DNA from: a virus
Taxonomy: Duplodnaviria > Caudoviricetes
Length of the DNA: 64,000 nucleotides
Direction: 5' to 3' (one strand)
Virus record (IMG/VR): IMGVR_UViG_3300012943_000004
Span: 13,829 to 77,828 of that record
In this document: piece by piece, positions 1 to 10,500 of the stretch
Layout of the letters: every line of letters begins with the position of its first letter
Position numbering within the stretch: position 1 is the stretch's first letter
Made by a program: the position numbers and the translations under genes
Notes under the pieces: model-generated
What the model was told of the DNA's origin: nothing
Databases searched by the model: none
What the model saw: only the letters and a program-made list of their open reading frames with translations

Positions 1-178
1 CTCCCTCAAAAGTCTTAGCTTCTGGGGCGAACTCCTGTCCAGTTTCCGTCCACACCAGGTGCGAAGCTGTACCCAACAGGGGAGTGACCGTTACAGAGAT
101 AGAGAAATCATCGCCGAAGAAGTTGAGTGAAGAGCCAGCAGTAATTGTACAGACTGAAATACTCGGCGGAACAGCCAT
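1..178 (-). CDS. Hypothetical protein, 5' part only (runs off the window start); MAVPPSISVCTITAGSSLNFFGDDFSISVTVTPLLG...
   Basis: ATG at 178 with a GAAAGGA RBS just upstream and an open frame to position 1; absent from the ORF track because it is truncated. Confidence 0.75.
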   Translation of the reverse strand, partial: MAVPPSISVCTITAGSSLNFFGDDFSISVTVTPLLGTASHLVWTETGQEFAPEAKTFEG

Positions 179-220
179 CTTTGTCCTTTCCGTTCCTTTT
201 TCTTACTGCCGGTTGCCCAG

Positions 221-249
221 AGTCTAGATTCAAACTTGCAATTTGTCAA
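221..249 (-). promoter_or_regulatory. Housekeeping-sigma promoter TTGACA-N17-TAGACT
   Basis: Minus strand reads TTGACA (249-244), 17 nt, TAGACT (226-221), upstream of the ATG at 178. Confidence 0.75.
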
Positions 250-288
250 GGACGCTTACTGTACATTCTATGATCTTATCGGACTTCA

Positions 289-993
289 TCAGAGCATCGC
301 AAAGAACTGGCCGGGATTCGGAGTAGGACTACTGGCAGGCTTAAGTGCCAGGGATGCCATACCTCCCGATGCAGATATAGCATAGGAAGCGGTATACGGG
401 CCATAGGTGCCTGCTGCGCCTGGCGTAGTCAGTGTTCCTGCAGCGGCTGATGTATTAACCTGGCCTGAACCAAAGCCAGTAGCAACAGCGCCTCGGCCTG
501 TATGGCTACCTGGGACCGTAATTGAGGGCGGCGTTCCAGCACTATTGCGCCCCGCCCAGAAGTTCAGAATCCATGCGTTCGCTGACAATGAAGTGATCGC
601 AGATGCGTCATGCGTTGTGGCGGCGGCTTCATTAGTCATATCTTGTGCCTCGATAGGCGTTGTCGTATCAACACCAGAGAAACCCACCAGAATGCCACAA
701 GGTCGCTGAGCTGTAGCAACTGTCCAAGTCTTAGTACCTACGAGATCGCCAGATACGAGCACCTTGTAATAGACGTACATAGTGACTTGGTTGCCAGAGA
801 CTGGCGAAAGAGTAAGCTGCGACCATCCTGCGGGAGCCGAGGACATAACCACTCCGTTAGCCGAGCAGACGATTGCCGCCACGGCCAGGTCGTCGACCTG
901 CGAGCCGAGCGGCAGGGACAGGACGATGTTGGCGGTCGTGCTACTGATGCCGTTGTTGGCGACGTTCCCGCCACGGTAGCCGATGCCAGTCAC
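289..993 (-). CDS. Tail/virion accessory protein (beta-rich, Gly/Ala/Ser/Thr-rich)
   Basis: 234 aa; composition and position downstream of the tail fibre gene. Confidence 0.55.
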   Translation of the reverse strand: MTGIGYRGGNVANNGISSTTANIVLSLPLGSQVDDLAVAAIVCSANGVVMSSAPAGWSQLTLSPVSGNQVTMYVYYKVLVSGDLVGTKTWTVATAQRPCGILVGFSGVDTTTPIEAQDMTNEAAATTHDASAITSLSANAWILNFWAGRNSAGTPPSITVPGSHTGRGAVATGFGSGQVNTSAAAGTLTTPGAAGTYGPYTASYAISASGGMASLALKPASSPTPNPGQFFAML

Positions 994-994
994 G

Positions 995-2326
995 TCAGTA
1001 GCCTACCGCATCTGCAGCCATTACTACCCATTTAGTCGCAAACACTGCATCCCAGACGAGTAAGATTGTATGAACCATTCCAGAGACGGTAGTGGTCGGG
1101 AATGAAGCAACACCAGAACTAATGATAGACGAACCTGTCGTTATGGCGCGCGCCGTTCCGTTATCTTTAATTCGTAGAAGGAGCTGCTGGTTGTGTGTTG
1201 GCGTCCCGGTAATCGTAATACTTGTAATCGCAGCCGCCAATGCAGTTATGTCGTAACCGTCGTAAGAGTCGCCGTTGATACTCGGAGTAGCACTCGAAGT
1301 GGTCGTGCCGACCCTCTGCGTGACTCGCTTATTCGTGAGTGTTTGTGCATCCGCTGCCCCTACGACGGTCCCTGACGGTGGCGTCTTGGTGGCCCACGTG
1401 TCGAGATCGGCGTCCCAGGCTTGGACGTTAGTGCCGATGACCAGACCGAGGGTCGTCCGCACTTGGCTCGGGGTCCGTGACGCCCACGCAGACGAGACAG
1501 ACACAAGGAAGTTGTCGGTCGTCGCGGTCAGCCCGGCGATGGTTGTCAGGTCCGAGTCCAGCGGCTGCTTCGCTGCGAGGTCGGTCACGAGGTTCGTCAC
1601 GGCTGATTCTGGAATGCTAGTCAGCGATGCCCCGGAGCCGTTGGGTGCAAGGACGTCTACTCCGATCTGCAAGCCGAGGTTAACTCTTGCAGCGAGAGCG
1701 CCAGATGCGCCTGTTCCGCCGTCCGCCACAGCAACGTCAGTCGAGCCTGGCGCGTAGTAGTCAGAGCCCGCAGAGGCCGCAGAGAAGCCGCCGGAGCCGT
1801 TGCCCTTAAGGATGGCGGAACCTGACGTAGCTGGAGCATAGTCAGTACCAGAGCTAGCAATCGAGGCGACACCGCTAGCAACCTTCACGATACCCGAGCC
1901 GGTCATACGCTTAATGATCTTGCCGGTAGTCCCCGAGAAGAGGGCGATCTCTGAATCGACAGACGACGACTGTCCGGTTACGTCTCCAGTGCCACCGCCA
2001 CCGCCACCAAGGTTTGCAAGTCCCCAGGCCTTTGTTACTACGTCCTGAGAACTAACAGGATCCGCAACGTTTGTAAGTCTATTGCTTCCCATAGAGAAGT
2101 TAGCGGTCGGAGCGCCAATATCGGTTAGAGTTAAAGCCGAAAACAGATCGTCTACTTCATCTGGCGTATACCAGAGGAACGGAAGAGACATGGCATGAGT
2201 TGCGCCATCGCCTAGGACCGCCTTGCCGAGATCTGTAAAGAAGGACAGCTCACGTACGGCAAGGATTGGATCAGATATTGTGGCGTCAGCTAACGTACCG
2301 CCGCGAATCTGAATTAAAGTTGCCAT
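995..2326 (-). CDS. Tail fibre protein with Mtd-N/hyaluronidase-like N-terminal anchor
   Basis: N-terminus IQIRGGT...DPILAVRELSFFTDLGKAVLGDG matches the fibre anchor motif; internal LGLVIGTNVQAWDADL-type repeats. Confidence 0.7.
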   Translation of the reverse strand: MATLIQIRGGTLADATISDPILAVRELSFFTDLGKAVLGDGATHAMSLPFLWYTPDEVDDLFSALTLTDIGAPTANFSMGSNRLTNVADPVSSQDVVTKAWGLANLGGGGGGTGDVTGQSSSVDSEIALFSGTTGKIIKRMTGSGIVKVASGVASIASSGTDYAPATSGSAILKGNGSGGFSAASAGSDYYAPGSTDVAVADGGTGASGALAARVNLGLQIGVDVLAPNGSGASLTSIPESAVTNLVTDLAAKQPLDSDLTTIAGLTATTDNFLVSVSSAWASRTPSQVRTTLGLVIGTNVQAWDADLDTWATKTPPSGTVVGAADAQTLTNKRVTQRVGTTTSSATPSINGDSYDGYDITALAAAITSITITGTPTHNQQLLLRIKDNGTARAITTGSSIISSGVASFPTTTVSGMVHTILLVWDAVFATKWVVMAADAVGY

Positions 2327-2722
2327 TTACCAACCTCCACCATCGTAAGATCCATCTCCGGACCCAGATCCATCCCACAACCCGCCGTCTATATGCGTAG
2401 TTGTCGGAACATCTCCCGTGCCAGGCGACGTCATAACCTCTGAAATAAAGTATCCACTCTTAACCCTCGAGACTCTAACTATATCTGCATCGTCCCCATC
2501 ACTCAGAATACTATGCATCGGAGTGTTAGACCGAGAAGCACTTACCCTTAATGGAGCTGTATCTCCAGCAAACAAAATATCTGCCCAGCCCCCCTCTGCG
2601 CTGAAATCATATACGGCACCAACTCTTGGCTCAGGTCGCAACGACGCAACCTCTTTTCGAATCATAGATTTGATAACATCTCGCATCTCAAGTGCGAGAC
2701 TGTAATCATCGAAGCCGCCCAT
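2327..2722 (-). CDS. Minor tail protein
   Basis: 131 aa, coupled to neighbouring tail genes. Confidence 0.5.
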   Translation of the reverse strand: MGGFDDYSLALEMRDVIKSMIRKEVASLRPEPRVGAVYDFSAEGGWADILFAGDTAPLRVSASRSNTPMHSILSDGDDADIVRVSRVKSGYFISEVMTSPGTGDVPTTTHIDGGLWDGSGSGDGSYDGGGW

Positions 2723-4560
2723 TACGAAATGCTCGAAATACTCAAGTCAGGGATAGACCCAGGAGACGATTGAAACAGTCCCTGTAGCCCCTGATCATCA
2801 ACAAAGGTGACTCGTTTTCCTGTAGCAGTCATAGGCTCAAGTCCAAGTGGTATCGTCATGGTATCCATCAAAAATCGAGTAGGCTCAAAAGATAAACGCT
2901 CAGGATCTAGGAACGAGATAATCTCTGCAGCCTCCATCCACGGATAGACGAATGACCCAAAGTTAATTTCATATGATTCTAGAGCCATTAGCTTTAAAAG
3001 CTTACGAGCATACTTTGCACATTCATCGTTAGACTCAAATATTCCAGCCTCAAAGAAGTACGGCCTATCTCCAAGACGATCTACATTTGTAGGACTGGAC
3101 GGTTCATTATTAATAGCCTCGCCAAAGAAAGGCAGACTAGAATCCTGTCTGGTTCCAGTAACGATGATATGGTTATAGATTCTACTGTCGTCAACAGACC
3201 TCGAGAAGCTAGCCAAGTTCCCTTGCCTGCCGGTCTGGAACTTCCAGGAGATAGGACTAGTTGTAGGATCCAAGAACTCGCGCATAACGAGTGCATCGTC
3301 TGGACTGTAAAATAACTCGTACCCAAAAGGCGTAGCGCCATCTTTCATAGCCTGGAACCGAGGCGTACCCTTCTCGAAACTCATACGAGACTGAAACTCG
3401 TCGTCTACGTCAGGAACTTCGTACTTCGTAGTCCCATAGTTAGCTGCGATAGCTTTCACGTAATCGACTAATTTAGTACCGGCTGGAAAACTTTCATTCT
3501 GCTCGAAAGAAGACCGCAACCCCTTTGCGGTAAAGTCTCTTCCCGTTACATGGATCGTCTTTGGTTCATAATCCCAGCTAGGATTTTCAATACCGAAAGA
3601 TCCTATCTGCGCTTCCCATGTCTTGTAGGGACGCCTGGCTTCTAGCCAGCGCATGCCATTTGCCAACAGAATTCTTCCCTGAGCGCCGATGCTCCAAGTC
3701 TGAAAATTGAACCATCGACCGTGCGCTGAATTCGCTTCAATTGCGGCGGCTAAATTAGTCGCGGTCCCGTCAAAGTAGGTTGCACACACGGTTGCTGTGG
3801 CAGCCACGGCGGTAACGGAGCGGACGTTGGCGTGGCTCCCGTAGGATTCCGAACTCCATCCTCCGTTAAGTGGCGTATCTTTGTTGACAACATCTATTCC
3901 TGTGTTTCGGGTTGCAGAAGAAGTAACAGCCGTTACGAAAGGTATCTCGCTGTCCGTATTTCCTGCACCTGTGGTAAGGATCTTTTTACCGGCTGCATAG
4001 GCATTCTTTAAGAGGGTTGCCTTAGAGGTGCCCATAATATTGAGAGCCGAAACCAATATATCATACTGGCCAACTTCTTCAAGAGTTGTCACGTCAAGAT
4101 TCACGTCTACTTTGTTGTAGCCAATCCTTCCTAAAGTCTGCTTAAATGCATACGCATTGTCAAGGTCGCCAGCTTCAATAATGCAAATCTTTGGCGCCAG
4201 ATATCTCGTAGAATACTTAATGCCACGATATACCTTCATAGACTTGTCGTACCAAAATCCACCCTCTGGATTAGGACGCAGAAGGTTATCTGAATTATCA
4301 AGAACTACATCTATAGCCCGCCGCTCATCTCTGGTAGAATCAATAGTGACTGATCCAGAAACAAGTCGTGGCGCAGCGCCGTCAGCGGTTCCTTCAGGAT
4401 ACCAAGGCGTCTCTCGATCGTTCTCAAAGAATGCAACACGCCGAGTAATCTTCGCCCAGCCACCCTCGATCGCATCAATGACTTCTTGAGTAGGCGGACC
4501 CGCCTGAAGTGTAACCGGACCCTCGTCCTGAGATAAGGGCATCGTTGGAGGACTAGACAC
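2722..4560 (-). CDS. Minor tail (baseplate hub-like) protein
   Basis: 612 aa; GSVTIDSTRDERR, SFSRSVDDSRIYNHIIVTG and LGDRPYF motifs resemble actinophage hub/minor tail proteins; follows the tape measure region. Confidence 0.65.
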   Translation of the reverse strand: MSSPPTMPLSQDEGPVTLQAGPPTQEVIDAIEGGWAKITRRVAFFENDRETPWYPEGTADGAAPRLVSGSVTIDSTRDERRAIDVVLDNSDNLLRPNPEGGFWYDKSMKVYRGIKYSTRYLAPKICIIEAGDLDNAYAFKQTLGRIGYNKVDVNLDVTTLEEVGQYDILVSALNIMGTSKATLLKNAYAAGKKILTTGAGNTDSEIPFVTAVTSSATRNTGIDVVNKDTPLNGGWSSESYGSHANVRSVTAVAATATVCATYFDGTATNLAAAIEANSAHGRWFNFQTWSIGAQGRILLANGMRWLEARRPYKTWEAQIGSFGIENPSWDYEPKTIHVTGRDFTAKGLRSSFEQNESFPAGTKLVDYVKAIAANYGTTKYEVPDVDDEFQSRMSFEKGTPRFQAMKDGATPFGYELFYSPDDALVMREFLDPTTSPISWKFQTGRQGNLASFSRSVDDSRIYNHIIVTGTRQDSSLPFFGEAINNEPSSPTNVDRLGDRPYFFEAGIFESNDECAKYARKLLKLMALESYEINFGSFVYPWMEAAEIISFLDPERLSFEPTRFLMDTMTIPLGLEPMTATGKRVTFVDDQGLQGLFQSSPGSIPDLSISSIS

Positions 4561-4562
4561 AC

Positions 4563-7500
4563 TCAGCTCCGGGAGACTTGACTGTAGGGGATAGTGACAG
4601 TTGCATATTCACTTTGCCCAACACCTGCGAGCCGAGAAACCTGAAGATTCCCAACGTAGACAAAGTAGATATCACCAAACGGAGTACGCAGATAGAACAG
4701 TGTGACACGAGACTTAAGATTCTCGAGCCGCTGCTTCTTGGATCGAGCGGTAGTGCCGCTATCATCGCGGAGCTGCAAAGTCATTGAACCAGTAATACCC
4801 CAATGACTACCTTGCTCGTAATGCCTTCCGCGACCGATGATGTCGTACTCTGCTTCTTCGTATTCATCTGTATACTCGTCGGCTGTGACAATAGACAGCT
4901 TAAATGCTGTATCGCCAGGCGCCGGCGGATCAGGGTCAATCAGCCAGTAGCCGTCAGACTCTGGGAAAACAATTATTGAGCCTTCGTCGTCAGACTCTAC
5001 TTCATCTCCATACTCAGTGATGATCTGCGAAACTCGATAACTAATACGCGAACCAGTCGGCGCGAAGTAATCATCGTATTCGTAATCATCCTGAATAGTA
5101 AAGTCCCTAAAAACTTCTTCTTCCTCTCCTACCTCATAAACAGGAAGGTCGTCACCAAATCCAGGACTTACGAGAACGTCGACCTGACGGTAGATAACCC
5201 AACAAAGGAAGGCGGCATCCCGATCATCGTCAGACCAAGTTACAGCGATATATCCCTTGTCGGGAGTATTGTACAACGCCACGTTAACACTCTGGTCGGC
5301 TGGGGTCGCAGGGGGCGTCCATGCCGTATGGAATTGAACTCTATCTTCTGACTCCACTTGGTGCGCGTCACGCACCTGCGCAACGGCAGTATAGTTGTTA
5401 TCATTGTGAAGTACTGACGTAGCAAGTCTGTAGTTAATCGAATACGAACCAGAAGCTGAGTACGGAACCCAATCTGAATCGTAAACTAACTGACCGCTCT
5501 GCTCGATAGAGACTCGATAAAAAGTGATGTCCGCAAGAGGGCTAGCGTCTCCCTCAAAGATGATATACGGTCGCGGAGTTATAACATCTGTTACTCCATC
5601 AGGCGAAATGATTCCAATGGTGGCTGGATCTACCTCTACAAAAGTAACCCACTTAGAGTAAGCACCTTCGATATCATCCTTATCCCAGAGCTTAACTCGC
5701 CACTTCAGGAGCTCGTTCTTGTGTCCACTCCCAATCGGATCAGACAGATAGTTAGTCTGTCCTGAAGTAAGTTTTCCTGTATCCTCGAGAACGGATCCTG
5801 TTTCGTTAACAGCGATCTGAATCTGGAACGCAGTCTGTAGATCCTTGTCGTACGGATCGGTAAACTCCCAACTTAAGAATACAGATCCATTCGTACCGTA
5901 AGAAACAGCCTGCCCATTTGTCGGCTGCAAGTTCGCTGCTGCTGGAGGATGAGAGATAATAAACCCAGCGCTATTAACCTCCCACGGAGAAAGGTTGCCA
6001 AACTGATCGAGAGACGCTCCTCGAATATACCAAGTAACGCCCTGCTCTAGCTCCATAGACGAAGGCCAAGTATCTGTAAACTTGTGGTAAACCCCATCTA
6101 CATCTGTCCCCTCGACCTTGGCAAACTTATCATCAGTCTGCTGGAACTTCATTGGGTCAGGGAATCCCGAGCTGGTATCAATATGCCAGACGCCCTTCAT
6201 GAGGGCCTCTGGTGACCGCATATCAATATCTGCATCCAGGGAAACAGGAGGGGTCGAAGTCGTCATTGTAGAGCTATCTTTAGGCGAGACTGCGTGCGGC
6301 GCCACGTTCTGAAAAGCATGCCTATGAACCAGAGTAAACTTATTATCGTTGTACTCATGGTAGTAAATAGAATCATGAGTCGTTTGGTCTGTGTTTCTTC
6401 CGGTTCCACCGAGAATATAAGAAACAGTTACAGGGTCTCCGTTGTTGTTCCAATGGAAGAATCCACTCCAACTGATCGTATCTAAATCTCTATCAATTGT
6501 TGCAACGTAATTCACTGGATCCTCTTGACCAACAGATCTTCCGCCAGTCTGCGCTGCAGTAATGAAGTTGAAGACATCCGACCCAAACGTCATTGAAAGG
6601 TTGTTCTCGCCATACAGCCTTCCGAACCCAGGCTTAAATGTCGATGGCTGAATCTTGGTCGTAAAATCCGTACCATCCCAGCCATAGATAGCTGCAATAA
6701 ACCTTGGATCCGTATACCATGTCATAAGTCCAAAAGCGAACTCGTTCGTTCCGCTCCTGAAAATATAAGTCTTTCGAGGACGCCCTGGCCAACTGATGTT
6801 ATTAGGAATATCTCCTATATCAAGAGTTCTACGATCCGACCAGCCCGACATAGCGCCAGTTGACTCGTTAAGAGTTCCTGCATAGATAGTAACGCCGTAG
6901 TCGTGATTCTGTCGACAATAACTTACTGACAAAGCAATAGGACGCGCGGTGCCCGAGCCTCCGTCTAGCGACTGAAGGCTAATGTCCTGAGTCCCTCCCT
7001 GAAGAGCGACATCGGTTAACAAAATCGTCTGTTGAGAAAGAACCCACGTGGAATCACTAGTCCGTCTGGTATGCACGCGCAGACCACAATAGTTTGCGCC
7101 TCCCCCGCCTGTCGAGTCTCCGTAGAACAAAGCAACCGAAGGCACGTTGTTTCCGATAGTGATATCGCAGTCGTTATAACCAGGCGAGCCTGAATGCGCA
7201 GGAGCAATCTCCTCCTGCGAGCCGGCTGTCCAGTCACCGCCGCCAACGTTGTTAACTTTGCAGTACTTTACTTCTTTATCGTCGTTTATCCAGACAACGC
7301 CAAGAGAATCATCATCGAAAAGATCTGCGTTAACGATCATCGGCATGCGTAGCGGATCGTCTGGAACGATAGTCGCTACTCTGGTAAAGGTCACTCGGTC
7401 TGACGAATGGTAGACGAAGATCTTCTGATCGTCAGTTCCAGTTCCCCAGCCCGATGGACAGTCGCTATCATTAGTATCTCCAACGACAATAAGAAGATCC

Positions 7501-7592
7501 CCGTTAGACATATAGAGGGCATTTCTGCGGCTGCTCGTCGGAGTATGGTTTCCACCACGGCTAAGCCCGGACTGGTATACTTCGTGAGCCAT
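4563..7592 (-). CDS. Large minor tail protein (FN3-like repeats; distal-tail-like C-terminus)
   Basis: 1009 aa directly downstream of the tape measure; VFLSWEFTDPYDKDLQTAFQIQI FN3-like segments. Confidence 0.6.
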   Translation of the reverse strand: MAHEVYQSGLSRGGNHTPTSSRRNALYMSNGDLLIVVGDTNDSDCPSGWGTGTDDQKIFVYHSSDRVTFTRVATIVPDDPLRMPMIVNADLFDDDSLGVVWINDDKEVKYCKVNNVGGGDWTAGSQEEIAPAHSGSPGYNDCDITIGNNVPSVALFYGDSTGGGGANYCGLRVHTRRTSDSTWVLSQQTILLTDVALQGGTQDISLQSLDGGSGTARPIALSVSYCRQNHDYGVTIYAGTLNESTGAMSGWSDRRTLDIGDIPNNISWPGRPRKTYIFRSGTNEFAFGLMTWYTDPRFIAAIYGWDGTDFTTKIQPSTFKPGFGRLYGENNLSMTFGSDVFNFITAAQTGGRSVGQEDPVNYVATIDRDLDTISWSGFFHWNNNGDPVTVSYILGGTGRNTDQTTHDSIYYHEYNDNKFTLVHRHAFQNVAPHAVSPKDSSTMTTSTPPVSLDADIDMRSPEALMKGVWHIDTSSGFPDPMKFQQTDDKFAKVEGTDVDGVYHKFTDTWPSSMELEQGVTWYIRGASLDQFGNLSPWEVNSAGFIISHPPAAANLQPTNGQAVSYGTNGSVFLSWEFTDPYDKDLQTAFQIQIAVNETGSVLEDTGKLTSGQTNYLSDPIGSGHKNELLKWRVKLWDKDDIEGAYSKWVTFVEVDPATIGIISPDGVTDVITPRPYIIFEGDASPLADITFYRVSIEQSGQLVYDSDWVPYSASGSYSINYRLATSVLHNDNNYTAVAQVRDAHQVESEDRVQFHTAWTPPATPADQSVNVALYNTPDKGYIAVTWSDDDRDAAFLCWVIYRQVDVLVSPGFGDDLPVYEVGEEEEVFRDFTIQDDYEYDDYFAPTGSRISYRVSQIITEYGDEVESDDEGSIIVFPESDGYWLIDPDPPAPGDTAFKLSIVTADEYTDEYEEAEYDIIGRGRHYEQGSHWGITGSMTLQLRDDSGTTARSKKQRLENLKSRVTLFYLRTPFGDIYFVYVGNLQVSRLAGVGQSEYATVTIPYSQVSRS

Positions 7593-10500
7593 TACTGCTT
7601 ACCTCCAGCTAGAACCTTCAAGTTCCTCACAAACTCCTTTGCGTCCTTGCCGGACTCGATGTTCGGGAAGCTGAGGTCGCCATTAAAGATGAATGTATTA
7701 CCGCCGGAGCGTGACGGCGCATTAAATCTTTCTTCAGAATCAAGCGCGCCGCGGTTTACGATTCTACGAAGAGTTCCCCACTGATTAGTAGTAAAGACCG
7801 GCTCTACTCCGCTAGTCCCATTATATGCAAGACCTGGAGGCATATAGCCTCCCTTGTCGAAGTGGAACAAATGCTTGAAGCCTTCAACGACTCCGATACC
7901 AAGGGGACTATGAGCGATATCACCGACAGCTTGCGAGACGGCGTTCTTAATCACAGGGTATCCCATATGAACCATATCGGAAGTCATTCCCATTATCTGC
8001 TTTGGAAATAAGCCGGGCATATCATCTAAGCCATCATGCGCCTTGTCGATCAAGCCAAGGAACTCTTTTGGCAATCCGATAAGATTCTTAATGGTATCCC
8101 AGCCCTTAGTGCTACCCCCGCTAGACATATGGAGGAACTGCGACGTTGCGGGGCCGAGGTGCATCATTTGAGTAAAGTATGGATCGAGCGGACTACGAGC
8201 GCCTGAGCCAACGGCTGGCCCATGCCCTCCGTAGGACTCAACATTAAGTCCCATGATGTTTCCTGCAGTATGTCCAATCCCTGACATACTCCAGTCCGGC
8301 GTCCAGGCGATAGTGAAGAATCCCGGCCCTGGCTGAAATCCAGCCCAAGGCATCGAAGCTGTAGAACCAAGTCGACTATATGGATACTCGCCGCGCATCA
8401 CGTTAGTCAGTGCGCTCATGAATCCAGAACAGTCATATCCGCTCGGCCCAACGCCGCCCCATAGATAAGGCTTGCCAACCTGCTGTTTAGCGAACGCCTG
8501 CGCATCACTGTAAGCAAAGCCACCAGTGCCTCCGCTGCCGCCAGTGTCGCCTCCGTGCGCAAACGCAGGAACATATCTTCCTGTATTAAGTGCATCGAGG
8601 AAGCCGGGGCGCTCCTTCTGGAGTCTACGAGTAGCCTTCTGCTTAATAACATACTCGTTAGGCATGAACATTCCAAGTTGAGAATCCTTGAATCCAGATC
8701 CCGGAATCCTGCCGCCAGACTTAAGGTCAAGCATACCACCAGCCGCGTGACCTAATGGATAGATCTTATCTAGAGCCTGGTCAACCTTCCCTAAACTGAA
8801 AACACTGATAATACGGTTTACGATGGGAACAACCCCTTCATCATAAACAGTATTGATGAAGAACTTCAGTGGCGACTCAAGAATAGAGCGCAGATCATTC
8901 CAGTGTCCCTTGATGGCCGCAACTGCATCCCTGAATACTCGCGGAAGCCTGTCAGTAACGAAGCTCGCAACAGCATTCAACGTATGAGAAATATGGTCTG
9001 TCCATATACTTGCAATAGTCTGCCATAGGTTTCTCAAGTACCCAAGAATCAGACCTACGCCATTCATAAACGCTTGCGGTAAAGTACTAAGAATGAAGTT
9101 GCGAATCCTGTCAAACCATGTAATCACAAAGTTAACTGCCGGGCGAACAATAGCGACAAGACGGTTATACATCCAGACGAACCAGCCGATAACTCCATGC
9201 ACAGCAAGACTTATGATCCCAAGTATAGTCCTTCTCCACCTGGACCAAGTATCATTGAGCCAATTCAGTACGCCGAGAATTACATCCTTAATTCGCCCAG
9301 CCAGCCACTTAAAGGCAGCAAGCAAGGGCTTAATGAACGCCCATAGAATAGCCCATATAAGCTTTAATATAGCCTTTAGAGAGTCGTAGAAATACTGGAA
9401 TGGCGCAATCATAAGATCAAACAGATTATCCCATGCGCCCGCAAAGTCTCCTGCCAGGAGATCAATAATTATATTGAACACGTCAACAATGATTCGAGCA
9501 AAAAACTTAATATTGATAATAATGATATCAAGTGCTGGACCAATAACTTTGTTGAACGCCCACAGGACCGCCGCAGCAAAGACTACAACTGACGCAAGCG
9601 CCGCAGCAAAGACAATCTTGAATACGAACCACAAGTGCTGAAGTGCTGGAATGAGATTCTTGAACGACTCCTGTACCCTTGCTAACTCTGGCCCAACCTC
9701 CATAAAGAACTTGACTAACTTATCGCCAATAATCTGAAGTGTATCGATAATACCCGGACCAACAATTTTCCAGATAAACCCAAGAAGATTACTGAAATAC
9801 TTGACCGGAGGAGCAGCCTTTGCTAGAGATTCATTTAAGTTGTCTCCAAGCCCCTTGAATGGACTCCCGAAGGAATGACTCCTTGACTCAATCTTGTCCA
9901 TCCAGCCGGTGACAGCTGGCGTAATGTTTTTGCTGATCCAGTCAACTGCGTCAGTCCAGTACTGCTTGAATGGAGCGAACGGATTGAGGTCTCCAAACGA
10001 TCCCTCAAGTTGCTTATTAAGCTGATCAGTAAACTTATCGATTTGCGGAACCTGAGATTTCCAGTTCTTTCGGAGAGCAGTTCCAGTTCCTCCTACAGCA
10101 GGGAATCCGCCCTTGTTTGCATTGAGAGCGAGATCGAACGCCGACTGATCCTTCTTGCCACCTGCGGCTTTATTAAGCTTTTGATACTGCGCAGTCAGCG
10201 CGGCGAGGATCTTCTTCTCGTCGTCAAGTTTATTCTGATAAGCATCCCTACGAGCGGTAAGTTGATCGACAACGCGCTGCTGGCGCTCGACCGCTCTCGA
10301 TGCTTCGTCAACCTTCTGACTATAGTAATCAATCTGCTGATTAGACTTTTTAATACCCTGCATGATCTGCTGAAAAGACAGTTCCTTGAGTTGATTAGCG
10401 GCCTGGTCGATCCTGCGCTGTAACGCATCAAAGCGCATAGCCTTTACGAGGTCAAGCCTCTGTGCTTCTGTTTGTAAAGCATCAAGCTTTGCCTGAAGCT

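Noticed and set aside
995-2326. Diversity-generating retroelement suggested by the Mtd-like N-terminus
   Set aside because: No reverse transcriptase and no template/variable repeat pair differing at adenines are visible in the window; the Mtd-N anchor is common in ordinary fibres
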